A DNA stretch of 61,353 bases, the filler included, from Thelocarpon superellum (Eukaryota): the NCBI GenBank assembly GCA_026025795.1. It is 2 parts of 2 records of this genome, joined end to end, with 100 filler letters (N's around TTAATTAATTAA, not from the genome) between each part and the next. Parts side by side here need not be neighbours in the genome. Positions count along the whole stretch, not along the records: positions 1 to 30,704 come from JAPEUG010000199.1; 1 more part is not named here. The stretch is one strand, 5' to 3'. The notes beneath the pieces were generated by a model. It was not told where the DNA came from, did no database searches, and saw nothing but the letters and a program-made list of their open reading frames with translations. This document shows, piece after piece, positions 14,233 through 27,320 of the stretch (within the stretch, counting starts at the first letter, position 1; the number at the start of each line of letters is the position of its first letter). The position numbers and the translations under genes are program-made.

Positions 14233-15494
14233 ATGGTGCTGGAAGCAATCAAATACCGGCGAGGCCATCTCCAAATTCTAGACCAGCTTCGTCTCCCTCA
14301 CGCCCTTGTCTACGAGAATATTCAGAGCAGTCAGGATGCCTGGCACGCCATCAGAGCCATGCGGGTCCGCGGCGCCCCGGCCATCGCCATCGTCGCGGCG
14401 CTGGCCCTCGCCGTCGAGATCGAGCAGCTTCACATGGCGGGACAGCTGTCGCACGAGGCGGAGGACGTGGCCGTGTTCGTCCAGGAGAAGCTAGATTATC
14501 TCGTCACCAGCCGCCCCACCGCTGTCAACCTGGCCGATGCCGCTCGGAAATTGAAGCGCGTCGTTCGGACCAGTCTGCACGATGATGAGCGCAATGGCGA
14601 CGGGGTGAGGACGGCCTATCTGATGGCGGCCGAGAAGATGCTGGTCGATGACGTGCACGATAATGAGGCCATTGGCCGGCACGGGGCGGATTGGATCCTG
14701 AAAAATACCCTGGCCGGCCGGCGTGGAGGCACGGTGAGCGTCTTGACGCACTGTAACACGGGGTGGGACAAGCAGCATCCAGCGTGCATCCCTCATGGCC
14801 ATCGGCTGATCCTCCTACCTCCCCTAGGTCGCTAGCGACGGCCGGCTATGGCACGGCGCTGGGTGTCGTTCGAAGCCTGCACACATGCTCGGCTCTACAT
14901 CATGCCTACTGTACTGAGACCCGACCGTACAATCAGGGATCGCGCCTGACGGCCTTTGAGTTGGTGCATGACCAGATCCCCTCGACCCTGATCACCGACT
15001 CCATGGCGGCCGCACTTATGCGGCAACGTGGACGTGAGGACAATCTGGCCGCTGTCGTGGTCGGCGCCGATCGCGTGGCAGCCAACGGCGACACAGCTAA
15101 CAAGATTGGCACCTACGCCCTGGCCGTGCTGGCGCGATATCATGGCCTCAAGTTCCTAATCGCCGCCCCACGCACCACCATTGACCTCGACACGGCATGT
15201 GGAGAAGCGATCGTGATCGAGCAACGGCCGGGGCACGAGGTCACCCGGTTGACCGGACCAAAACATCAGACTGAAACGACGGCAGAGAGCGAATTTGAGA
15301 CCATCAGCATCGCCGCCCCGGGCATAGATGTCTGGAATCCAGCGTTTGATGTCACCCCTGCCGAGCTGGTGGATGGGATCATCACCGAACGGGGCGTCAT
15401 CGAAAAAGGAGGCGACGGCACCTTTTCCTTCCACCATCTCTTCGGCCCCTCCGGCTCCCCGGGCCCAAGTCAACGGGGACAAGGTATACCTTAG
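14233..15494 (+). CDS. MRI1: Methylthioribose-1-phosphate isomerase
   Basis: [74 protein letters not shown] and NPAFDVTP. Intron 14763-14827. Confidence 0.95.
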
Positions 15495-18040
15495 AGACGC
15501 ACGTAAAGATTGCGAAAGGGAAGATGATGACGTCATAGATAAAATGCATGGGTTGGTCCAAGGACCAATGATCCCAGCCATGATGTAAATATATCGTCTC
15601 TAGCTTCTCGTCATTCATCTCTCGTCCCTCAAGCTCGATCGGTTGGCGTCATCAGGTCTCCCACAGCTTTCGTCCGCCTTCGGATGGAGGCTCGCCTTCC
15701 TGCTCATGACCGTCATTGTGGCTGCTCGCCCCTCCCCCCATGGTGCTCGGAGCATCCATGGCTTTGATGGAGGCATCGGGCGTGGACTCAACGCTCGCCA
15801 AGAGCAGGTCAATCTTTCGTTCGAGGCCCGACAGGCCAGCTTCAAGTGCTGCAGCGGTCCGCTCCCCCCTAGCCGTGACGCATCAGCAAGGCCTATCGTG
15901 GGAATAGGGGGCGTCGAGCGTGAGACACTCAGGCCCTCAGCACCCGGCCCCTCAGACTCTAGACTCCCGGCACCAGGGACGCCGGCGACGGCGAGAGTAG
16001 ATGGAGAGGTGCGCGACAAACGTACTTGGCGAGATCCCGGAAGGCCTGCCTGGATGCATTAGCCGGCACGCTAACTGGAGAGACACAGCGTTTGTGTGTG
16101 ACGACGAGGGTGGCGGATGCGGCGCGGCGGAACCCGGGCCAGCTGGGCCTCGTCGCCCACGGACCGCGACTCCTCGTACCTCCGACGCTGGGTCCCCATG
16201 GACTCCACCGACTCACCTGCGCAAGGTCGCCATCTTTGCCGTCGACCGTTTCTTCCGACGCCATGCTTGCGGTCGGGTGGCAGTCGCGTCCAGCCGTGCA
16301 GAACCGGATTGGAGACAAGGTAACACGCAATGTAGGGCAAGCTTGAAAGTTTCGCGGCACGCCACTCATCTTATTGCCGAGAGATGGACTTTGGGCGTCG
16401 TCTACCGACCACTCCTCGAGAGACGACTGGGGTGTCCGCCTACCATGCTACTGCCGGAGGTGGCGTGATGTTCTCAGGTCGACGCATTTCCGCTGCCGCG
16501 CGGACCCAACCCCATTCGCCCATTCGCCCATTCGCCGTCATGCGTGATTACAACGTGATGACGGAAGTACAAGTACGAAGATCGACCGCCACAACCAGGT
16601 GATTTGATACTAGAAACTGGGAGGGTCACCATGTAGCATCGATATGGACGAGCGTTCGCACACGGAGAACCAGCTACTAGGTCGTCCAAGCACGTGGCAG
16701 CGGGTCCATTGAGGATGCTCTCCTCGGTAGCATAGACGAATAGGAGGATGGCGGAGGAGGGCAGAAAGCCGGGATCTGGAACGAATGCGAATAATCCCTC
16801 CAACGGAAGTGGTGGCCGAATGGCCGGACAAACACGCTGCGGCCGGCTGCATCCGCGAGCCCTGCGCGCAGAGCGGAGGGCGCCGACGGTTGAGCATCCG
16901 CCTCAGCATGCCTCGCTCACGCCAGTGGCATCCACTTCGTCGGGCACCTCGTCACATTGTCGCCCAACCAAGCCGAGTCGAGTCACGTGGCGGGACATCC
17001 CACGCCTCCAACTCCAGATTCAGGGTCCAGTCCACTGTCCGAAGGGAGCGACAGCCGGTCAGCGAGGTGGCCCGTCACCCGTCTCGGAGTCCGATCATGC
17101 AGGTTAATTCCTCAGATCCGGCACGCTCGTCTAGCCGTCACGTCATAGCCGAGACGCTTCCATCATTGGTCGAGGCACTCACATCAATGCGGTCTAGGGC
17201 GCATGCCAGGTCAAGCGGGAACATCAGGCCATGAGATCGGTTTGATGGGCTTTGCGCCCCGTGCTCCTCGCTCCTCGGTCCCTGCTATCCGCGATCTCCC
17301 CTACCATATCTCTGCAGCCGGCCGCCGGGACCATCATGGACGCTGCCCATGGGATCGGCCGCGACGCCATTGGCGTCGCTGCCAGCCAATCCGGGGCGCA
17401 GGCGCATGACCCACTTGCCCTCGTCATCGCACCTCGCACGTCTGCTAGAGTCCGCCGCGCTTGCCGGCGAGGTCGAGTCCGTCATCAGAATTGGCTCCCG
17501 AGGCATCGCCGTCCTGGTGCGCTTCGTCGAGCCACGCCATTGACTGTCTAGGCGAGAAGGGCCCCCTGGAGGCAGCGGTCGGTCGCCGTTGGGCGAGCCG
17601 TCGGCTTTTCCCGCGAGGAAACGGACTTTGGCCCCGCGCCTTGTGAGCGTGGCCGACAGACCTGCCGGTCCCCTGCCCCTTTCGGACTCCGAGGAGTTAC
17701 GAGTGAGGCGCACGAAGGCACTGAGAATTGCCTCTTCCCTCTGCTCCATACCCGTACATACCCGTGCACTTCTAGGTAATCGGTAAGGTTTAGGATGGCC
17801 ACCCTGGAGTCTGGGCACATCGTCCGGGCTAGGAGGGCGTCGTCCACCAGCAACGCTGACGATCAGCCGCACGCGCACTCGCCACTGTAGCAACCGTCGT
17901 TCGCCTAGTGTAACCACCGAGCTACGACGCTCGTGTGGACATCGCTGGCGGGCCAGTAATTTGGAACGAAGAAGATCGTGCCTGTCCTATCCACAGCGGA
18001 GGGTAGATTCGTTACCAGTGGATAATCTGTCCCCCTAATA

Positions 18041-18106
18041 AGTACTATGTTACTACTACTACTAGTACTACTACTACTAGTAGTAGTAGAGTAGTATAGT
18101 TATACT
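18041..18106. repeat. (TAC)n/(TAG)n microsatellite palindrome
   Basis: Perfect 22-bp palindrome ctactactactagtagtagtag at 18068-18089 inside an AT-rich island. Confidence 0.85.
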
Positions 18107-20117
18107 CACGGCAGAACGCAGGGCAGGCGATAGGCGGCAATTCATTCTGAAGTCGGGCGCTGGTGGCGGGGGGAGGCATTGGCTGTGATGCAGACGCTGC
18201 GATCTACGATGGGGTCCCCTTCCTCCCCCGCCGAGCATCGAATTTCACCGATCACATCGACGTGTGCGGTAAGTTCAAGTACAGGTATTTCGTAGTCAGT
18301 TGTGGATGCATCCCAAAAGCTCCCCACGCCAAGGGCGAACCAACATGGCAAAGGCTGGATGGGCTGACGCCTTCGTCATAGCTGATCCCCTGCACTTTTT
18401 CGATAAGGATCCCTCGCCTAACTCAGTGGAGCGTGGCCGGCCATGGCGCCTCATCGCCTTTCATCAATTGCCATCGCGCGCGTCTTGCTCGTCTACGCAG
18501 CGAAAAAACGCACTTTCCGCCTTTGCCCCCCCTCCCCCCCCCCCTTACCCTGACGAGTACTGTTCGGCCCGGCGCAGACTGGCGAGCGCTGGACCCTCGT
18601 CAGCTCAGCTGGCTGGTGCCGGCTGCCGCCCCACTTGCACGTACGAGAGTAGCCACGAGCGCCTAGCTCGCCGGTGGAAGGTGACCCCCGGGGCCTACCC
18701 AAGCTTGGTTGTAAGCATTGCCCGCGCCGAAACCCATTCGTTCCCTTGACCAATGCGCCCACGCCATTGTCCCTCCCTTGGCACGCCGATACCTCTCCAA
18801 CGCCATCGGATCGCCGTCGCATCACTACTAGCAGCGGTGGGCCTTTCGGCCTGAAACCCTCGATGGCGTCTCCATCGGCCCACCCACGCCCCTCTGTCAT
18901 CGTCACCGTGACCGCGCCCGCCGCCCGCCGGGTCGCGGGTCCCTGTTCCGTCCCCGACCTCGCTCTCTTTTCCCACGCGGCCATGGTACATTTCCTCCGC
19001 CTCTACATCCTTCGCTTCTTCGTCGACCCTCGACCCTGTGCCTCCATCGTTGCCAGCGCCGTCCCGGGTCTACGGAGGCCTCGTCGTCGCCTTGCCGGCC
19101 TTTGTAGTCTGCTCGATTCGGCTCTTGCGCACGCCCACGACGCGTAAGGCTCGGACGGGTAGAAAATTCCCTCCGGTACCTCCGTACCTCGTTCCACTCC
19201 CGATCCCTCCCCAACCCTTCCAGCCGACCGGTCTCATAGTAGAGGTACGTACACGCACCACCTACCCCTCCAATGTTCCTGTCAGTCCACACATCGGCAT
19301 CGGCCTCCACCGACTAGACCCGAAGCATGCGGCGCGATGGTGTGCGCAGCTGTCGATCTGCGCCAACCCGCGCACCATCGACTCGTCGATGATGGTTTCC
19401 CGGGAGCTGAGACTACCATTGCAGTCCTCACCGGGCTCTCCCAATTCGCATGCTGACTCGCGGGCGGTCCACAGAGCCCGCTGGAACTCCCGCCTAGCTC
19501 GGCGGGGGCGTCAGATGGCATCGCTGCGTCCCGAGCTCGTCATCAACCTGGTCGAGCCGGTCGTCTCTCGATGTTCGACTGCGACGTCGGCCTACGCGCT
19601 GCAGTCCTTTCGTAAACCTGACTCGTCGCGACCTCATCCCACTTCGCCCCTGCGTGCGGAGTTGCGCTCCGGCCCACGCGGTGTGACGGGCCTCTCTCAT
19701 CCCTAAAGCGCCGTCACGGTCACCGCTGCCTCTGCTACTGCTGCAGCCGACGATCTGTCGAGCTCACGGCACCTGGGAGTGCGGGACCGTAGATCCCTCC
19801 TCCACCTCCGCAGCATTTCCGGCTTTCTCCTCCTCGTCCTCCTAGCCTAACGTACCCGGCCGTCAGACGGGCGTCATCGGACTCGTCGAGCTCATTCTGC
19901 TCGAATCTTGTGTGTACTACCACCGCCCGCTGCTAGCCACCGCCACCGCCACCGCCCCGGCCATCGCCGCGACTCGTCAACCCTTGGGGTTGTTCAGCTC
20001 GAGAGCTTCTCCTCCCCTGCACCGCACCGGCCTGATCATTCGACCCTCTTCCCCCTCCCAACCCTACCGACCGGTCGTGGAGACGCCGCGGTAGCGGCAG
20101 CGCTCCAGACCGTGTGC

Positions 20118-22303
20118 ATGACCGACCTGGAATCGATCCTGGTACGGCTAGGCCTGTCCCAGTATCTAGATCAACTTGTCGCCGAGGGTTTCGAGACCTG
20201 GGAGACGGTGCTGGACATCACCGAAGCAGACTTGTGAGCCCGACCGCGCTGCCCCCGGTCCTGTTACAGGCGAGCGAGTGCGACCGGAAAAAGCTGACCG
20301 CGCCGTCAGGGTGGCCTTACAAGTGAAGCGTGGTCATCGACGGGTATGCCACTACCTCCGCTCCCCCCCCTCTTTCCGGTCCATTCCATTGCCGGCGACT
20401 GACGTACCCCAGATCCTGCAACGTGAGATTGCCAGCGCACGGGGCTTGTCTGTAGACCAGGGCTTGCCCTCACCGCGACGCAACACCCCGAGCGATGACA
20501 AAGGCCCGGACGCGGACGAGCCGCCGGGTTCGCCCAAGGGTGACAATGGTAAAGGGGGCGTGGGCCAGGGAGGCAAACGGCGGTATCGACGTCATCCAAA
20601 GGTGCGCAGCACGCTCGAACCCTAGCCCCGGCGGAGCGCGGAGCCATCGACCGTCACGGGCGCAAAACACGTGGCCCTGGCACCGGCTGACCTTGGGCGT
20701 ATGATGCTAGGCCGACGAGAACGCACCAGACCGACCACCGTCTGCTTACGTGATATTCTCAAATAGTTGAGTCGTTCACACGCCGGACGCGCGTGAGCAT
20801 TGTCTGACCTTGATGCAGAAACACGGGAGTTGCTGCGCGGACAAAATCTTTCCTTCACCGAGATTGCGAAGTTGGTCGGCGAGAAATGGCAGGTGCTACC
20901 GGCAGTTGAGAAGGAGCCCTTTGAAACGCAAGCAGCGGCGGCCAAGGAGCGATACAACACCGAGCTCAGTGAATACAAACGGACGGACAGCTATCGGGAT
21001 TACACCCAATACCTAGCCGATTTCAAGGCCAAATACTCCACCCAACCGTCAGGTACAGTGACCCATGGATCTTTCTCCAGCTGCGGCAGTGGCCTCTGCG
21101 ACTGATACCCTCGCCCACACCCACGTTCTTGTCCCTGTCGTCGTGCGACCTTGACCCTTCCCGTTCGGGCATGACCACGTCGGACTTACGTATGATGCAT
21201 AGACGGCAAACGGGCAAAGCTGGAGACGCAACCAAGCACTGCCAGCAGCAACAGTCTCACCGGCGCCAGCACGAGTCCCCGCCCGGCGACGACGGCCCGG
21301 ACGAGTGGGGACTCAATACCGTCATCGATCAATCGCTCCACCTCGGCGGGTTACCAAACGGCGTCATTGCCGTCCCCTAATTCGCTGCCGACGGCGCAAG
21401 CCGGATTTACGCCCACAATGGCCGGCCCGAGTCTGAGCCACGGGTTTGGCAGTCATCACACATCACCCAAGCCGGCATCGTCTGGTGGGTACAGTCGGAA
21501 CATGAACGTGGCGGCGCTCGAGGATCTGCGCGACGCACATCCCGGGCCGTCAATGGAGCCCTTACCACGCATCATCCCGTTGGATGACCAGCGGTTGAGG
21601 TCGGGACAAACAAGCCTGCCTCCGTTGAACGTGGACGAGATGGGCGGGACGGACCAAGGGCTCTTGCGACTCAGCAACCGGCGTTCGGATCGTCTGTCGA
21701 CGAGCTTGACGCGCGAAGGCACGACGGCGTCGTCCACGTCCTCCGGCAGTACCTTGGGTTCGGGCACTAGTGGTAGCTCCAACCCGTACGACCCACGGAC
21801 CCCGAGCGACGTATTCCCATATCAGCGTAACCTGACCACGCCTCAGTCGGGACCGTTGAAAGGCGATTTAATCAAGGACAACGCCAGCGCTGCTCGACAT
21901 CTTCACTCGCTACTCCCTGGTTCAGGTCCCCTACCACCTGTGCCTTACCACACGCTCCCGCCGCCGGGGGAACGGGCGGTTCGTGGTGGACCAGGCATCA
22001 GTGAGTTGTTGAAGCCAACATTGCTTGTCAATGTTCATGCAAAGGCGGCTGACCGGAGATCTAGGTACCTTGAGCACGCACGACTCCCAGGAGATGTCAG
22101 CCGGCGTACGACCTCGCGGACCGGAGCAGTATGGCGACGCGCAAACTGGAAGCCACGGGGTTCCGGCGCGAAATGTTCGGGACGGTCCGACAGGATCGCC
22201 GACTGGTCAGATGTCGGATGTGCGAGCGACCTCTCCATTCTCCGCCTTGTTGATGGCGGGCGAGAGCATGGCGGCTCGCGAAGACAGGAGCGACCCAGCA
22301 TGA
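20118..22303 (+). CDS. SAM-domain + HMG-box protein (putative transcription/chromatin regulator)
   Basis: SAM: LVRLGLSQYLDQLVAEGFETWETVLDITEADL...VKRGHRRILQREI. HMG: RRYRRHPKADENAPDRPPSAYVIFSN...LSFTEIAKLVGEKWQ...AKERY. Introns 20234-20309, 20344-20412, 20602-20710, 20766-20818, 21053-21202, 22001-22064. Confidence 0.88.
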
Positions 22304-22568
22304 GAAGATGTATATGAATGGGAGTGGTGTCGGCAGTGATTGCATGGATCTTGTGGAAGCGATTGGTCTCGACGGCTTCTACACATGGCGTCTCTGCACG
22401 GCGCCTTGGCGCGGCGGTCGCACGGTGTCTCTCCAGGGCGTCTCTGCGTGGCGTCTCGGTGAACAGGAATCGATGGGGGCGATGGAAGATCGAATGGAGG
22501 GAAGGAAAGAGAGGACGTGACACCCGGGACATTTTTCTGTCAAAAGGCCTCGAGCAGGAACCTCGGCG

Positions 22569-22597
22569 GATGATGATGATGATGATGATGATGATGA
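22569..22597. repeat. (GAT)9 microsatellite in the 3' region of the HMG gene
   Basis: Direct reading of the sequence. Confidence 0.9.
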
Positions 22598-23238
22598 CTG
22601 AGGGTATCTCTGCTCCAGCCGATTGCCATGAATTGGCTCGATACGACGTTTCCTGTGCGAGGGCTCCCCCTCTTCCTTTCCCCTCTCTTTGCCTGTGTCT
22701 CCCTTCCCTTGCTTTTCCTGGTCAAAGTTATGAAGGCCCTGATCGATTCCCCGGAACAAGTTGTTTCTCATCTTTCATTTGCATCTCCTTGTCTTGTCAG
22801 TCATGTACTGTATAGCAGCGGTTCAGTGAGCGAGAGAGTGATGCGCAGTGTATGAGATATTGAACGAAGTGAACTGAACTGAACTGAAAGCAGGTGTTGC
22901 GACGAAAAGAGAAAGAGAAAGCGAAAGAGAACAGGAGAAGCGTGAAAAGGTGGGTGGGTGCATCGGCGCATTTGTCTCATCTAGCTAGTCACCTGTCTAC
23001 GTACCTATCTACTGTACGGGTATGCATGTGCCTGCCCGTGTAACTTTGACGTCAGTCCAGACTCAGAGACTCATCTCATCCCGTCCTCTTCCCCGTCTCA
23101 GCTCCTTGTGTTTCCCTCCTTTCCACATCCCACATCTCTGTCCATTTCATCATTCTCCATCAATTTGACCTCGCCTCCTCTCCTTTCTTCTCTCTTCCCC
23201 TTCCCTTCTCTTCCCTTGGTACCAGAGCAAAGCGGCAA

Positions 23239-26200
23239 CTAGGCCCCGCGGAACAAAAACTGCAGATCCTCGGGCGCCAGGTTCTGCATCGCGCTCTCGT
23301 CGGCGTTGATGGTGCCCTGGATCATGCGAGCTTTCTTCTCCTGCAGGAGCACCATGCGTGATTCCACGCTGTCTTCGATGACGAGCCGCGTGATCGTGCA
23401 CGGGCGCGTCTGGCCGATTCGATGGCAGCGGTCTGCGCTCTGCCATTCGGCCGCTGGGTTCCACCATCTGCACGTGTGCATCTCGTCAGTGAGGTCTCTT
23501 TTGAGAGGGAACGGAGGGAGCAAGGGAGGGGGGACGAAAAAGGACGCACGGATCAATCAGGTAGACTTGCGACGCTTCGGTCAGGTTCAGCGCCACGCCG
23601 CCCGCCTTCAGCGAGACGAGAAAGACCTCGACGTCGGGGTTTTTCATAAAGTAGTCGATGGAGCTCTGGCGCTGCGTGGGCGTCATGGTGCCGTCGAGCA
23701 TGACGGTGTTGAAGCCGGCGCGTCGTAGGCGCCATTCGACCAGCTGGAGCATCGACGTGAATTGCGAGAAGACGATGGATTTGACCGTGCGCTTGGGACT
23801 GCGCAACATGGCCAGCTCGTACACCAGCATCTCGATCTTGGTCGATGACGTCCAATTCTCCATCTTGATCCGATTGATGATCGACGACTTCTTCACTGCT
23901 TCTTCATCCTGCGCGCGCGCTTCCTGCTCCAGGTCGATGGCCAGCGGAATGTGGCATCGGGGGCAGTCCGGATCCTCTTGCGTCCCGTCCTGCTCGAAAC
24001 TCTTCATGTAGCTCTTGACGCAGGCGCGGCAGAAGTCGTGATGGCAGGCCGAGGAGATGGCTTCTTCCGCCGCGTCGTCGCAGATGCAGCACACCAGGAC
24101 ATTCTGCCCGCCTTGGGCCTTGCCGCGAAGGATCAGGTCCGGATGATCGGCCACCTGGCGCATCTGCGTGATCAGGCCAAAGATGTTGGCGTAGTTGTTG
24201 AGCATGACACCCTGCGCCACGTACGTGTCAAACTGGCGATTCGTGTTGGCCATGATGCTCGAGGCAAAGTCACGTTCCACTTCGCTGAAGAATTGGCGGT
24301 GGATGACAATGTCCTTGGGCGGGAGTTCCATCGAGGCCGAATGATCCTTCTTCTCGCGACGGAGCATGATGCGAGACTTGAGGTGTTGCAGCTTCTTGTA
24401 CGCCACCTTGCCCGGCCCAATGTGTCCGTGCTTGATGATGGGGTCGAGCAGCTCGAGATTGAAGAGCGAGACGTGATCAAAGCCCCGGTGCTTGCAGATG
24501 GTGCATCGGCGCGTCTTGCTATTCACTGACCAGTGCACCTGTGTGCACGGGCACACCTTGCACATGTAACAGGCAAAGGGCTTGACGCCCAGGAAACGAA
24601 AGAGGGAGAAGAACTCGCCGATGCGGTTCTGCAGCGGCGTACCGGAGAGACACCAGCGGTAATCGGCCTTGAGCGCGTAGCAGGCCTTGGCCGACCCGCT
24701 GTCGCGGCTTTTGATGCTATGGGCCTCGTCGAGGATGACGCGATGGAAATGGATGGCGTGCAGCGGACTGTCCGACTTCACCAGCACCATGGATCCGTCC
24801 ATGTCCTTACGCGGTAACCCCTTGGTCTCCTTGCGGTGCATTACTTCCAGCGTCGAGAAGGAGGTCATAAGCACGTCGTACTTCTGGAGGTCCTTGATGC
24901 TCAACTTCTTCGCCTGCACGCCGTGGAAGACCAGGACCTTCAGCTTGCCGTTGGTGTAGTCCCGGATCTCATTTTGCCATTGCATCAGGGCGACCGGAGG
25001 TACGACGACCAACGTCGGCTGTTTCGCCGGATAGTCGGACATGATGAGGGCGACGGCCTGGATGGTCTTGCCCATGCCCATTTCATCCCCGAGCAGGCCG
25101 CCCTTCCACTTGGTCTTTTCTTGTTTGACCATCCAGTCCAAGCCCTCAAGCTGGAAGGATTTCAGCTGTCGCGTCATCGTGCTCGGTTGTTGAGCTGCCA
25201 CGGGAACAATGACGGGCACGGCCGTGAGGTCGTCCCACATGGTCGCGAATTCGGGGTGATGGTCGTAGAGCTTCTCACGCTCTCGTTCGGCGCGGGACTG
25301 TTGGATCCGGCTCAGTTGCCCTCCCCTGCTGCGCACTGCTAGCCTCTGACGTCCGCGCGATCGGGCCTGCGTGGCACGCCGTCCTCCCGTCGTTGCATCC
25401 ACAGTCTCCGCGTCTGGCCCACGCAATCTTTCGTCTTCCTCTTCTGTGAACATGTCAGAGTCCTCTTCGCTGAAGAGGGAGTCTAGCTCGCTGAGGTCGT
25501 CGCCATCCTCACTTGCCTCCCCTTTGAGCTTGGCCCCGGAGGTGGCGGTGATGGACTTTCTGGCGCTGGTGCGAGCCGCCCGTGTCGGGAGTCTCGAACG
25601 ACGTCCCGGCAGGCTCAGCGGAGACGGCGAACGAGTTAAGGCCGGGGTGGTGCTTGCCACCGTGGACAGGCCAGAGGTCACGTCCGATTCGCCCACCGAA
25701 TCCTCGACCTTGGTCTTCTTTCCTCGACCGGTCCGACCGCTGACGCGCAAGCGTCGTGTTTGGGGGCCGTCTCCACTGAGCAACGCTTCCGCATCCTCTT
25801 CATTTTGCAGTGTGTGCGCCAGGAGGGTGTCCAAGGTCTCGTGCAGCCCTAGTTCAGCCTCGTCTTCATCGACATTACGCTTTCGCTTGCCTGCAGTGCT
25901 GGACGATAAGGAGTACCGGCTTGCCGCTAGTTCGCGAGCCCGAGCAGCAGCACTGATGCGCGGTCGCTGCGAGGTAGTTGCTGGAGCGGAGACGGAGGTA
26001 ATCTTGCCGGTCGAGGCGATGCTCCCCTTGCCGGCGATGGCCTCGGCGGGAGTGGCAGCGGTGCTGGAGCCAGGGGTCTCGTAGTTGCTCGCCCCGTCCT
26101 CCGTGCGGGTCTCCAGGGATGAGATGGAAGATGACCGGTGCACAGAGATAGCGCGCTTGTTCACGGCGGAGACTGCTTTGGGTTGTCGTGGCGGCGCCTT

Positions 26201-26432
26201 GCGCATGGGGGCCTTGAAGCTTGGCTCGGCCAACGTCACTGGATCGCTGACCGGGTCGTCGCTGGTACCATCGGACTGGGAGATGAGAACGTGTGAAAGG
26301 ATCCTGCGTGTCGAGCGGGACCGTGCCGCTGTACGAGACCTCAGGGCAAGTCATGAAGAGTGAGACGGAAGACTTACAAGAATGCAATAGAGCAGTCGAG
26401 GTGACAGCGGCCTGCGTCTTCTTCTTCGCCAT
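23239..26432 (-). CDS. RAD16: DNA repair protein Rad16 (SNF2 ATPase with RING finger)
   Basis: [28 protein letters not shown]3HC4 RING (CCICDD...CHHDFCRAC...CPRC), [17 protein letters not shown] and DPWWNP...DRCHRIGQ. Introns 26329-26377 and 23468-23549. Confidence 0.95.
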
Positions 26433-27320
26433 GATGGCGATGAGTGTACGGCGGCTATGGCAGACAATTAGTGCGCGCGCACGACGGACAGATACATGGA
26501 ATGGACACCTCACTCACCAGGACCGACGGACCGGACTTGGCTCTTGACACGGCGATCTTCAATCTCTAAATTCCTCAATCTTCTAGTAGGGAGATGGCGA
26601 TGATGACAAGAGAGATGAAAGCGGTCATTCAGACGGAACGAAGATTAGGAGCGTGGTCGCCAAGGGAGAGTGACGGGCCTCGAGTTGCCACCCCTGATCG
26701 AGGAAGGACGCGTGGAGGAATGCACTCTCTACCGGATGGATTGACAGAGACAGTCGCAGGTCCACGTCTGCTGTTGCCAGGCCTAAGCCCTGATGACACG
26801 ACGAGGCCGGTCGAGACTTGGTTGGACAGTCTTTGCCACAACACTGGATGCACTTGGTCAAGTGTTGAGTGACAGGGTGTGGCGCCGGCGGTGGCAACGG
26901 TACAATCTAATCGTCAGCGTGTTCCCCCTGTACCGAGCCGCACTCCTGTCGTTACGCGACTCGACTATGCCCTCTGTTCGCGCGGCATAGCCGAGAACAC
27001 GTGAAATGAAGCGCCCTTGTTAGGCCTCCAGGCAGCCAGATCTCGCAAGCTGGACCAGATCTCGTCACTTTTCGCTGGTGGGATTCAATTGGCTCACGTG
27101 ACTTGGCGACAAGGCACGCGATTTCTCGCGCCGCTAAGACCTAGCCGAGGGCTGATTCTCCGAGGCGCAGGCTCCAGATTGCGAGTCTACCTACGGATCT
27201 GCCCGAGACGTGGATTGGGAATCGTGGTAGTGGGACGGTGGCAATTCAGCACCTCATCAGCCCACTGAGCACGACAACTCCGACTCATTTGCAACAACTT
27301 GCACGCAGAAGTCATCGACC
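26433..27320. promoter_or_regulatory. Putative bidirectional RAD16/RAD7 promoter with CACGTG boxes (26998, 27095)
   Basis: 888 bp between the divergent start codons; ACACGTGA and TCACGTGAC motifs present. Confidence 0.5.

Noticed and set aside
15615..19923. Numerous 60-220-aa ORFs upstream of the HMG gene
   Set aside because: Arg/Pro/Ala-rich, overlapping on both strands, often with non-ATG starts, and no recognisable domains.
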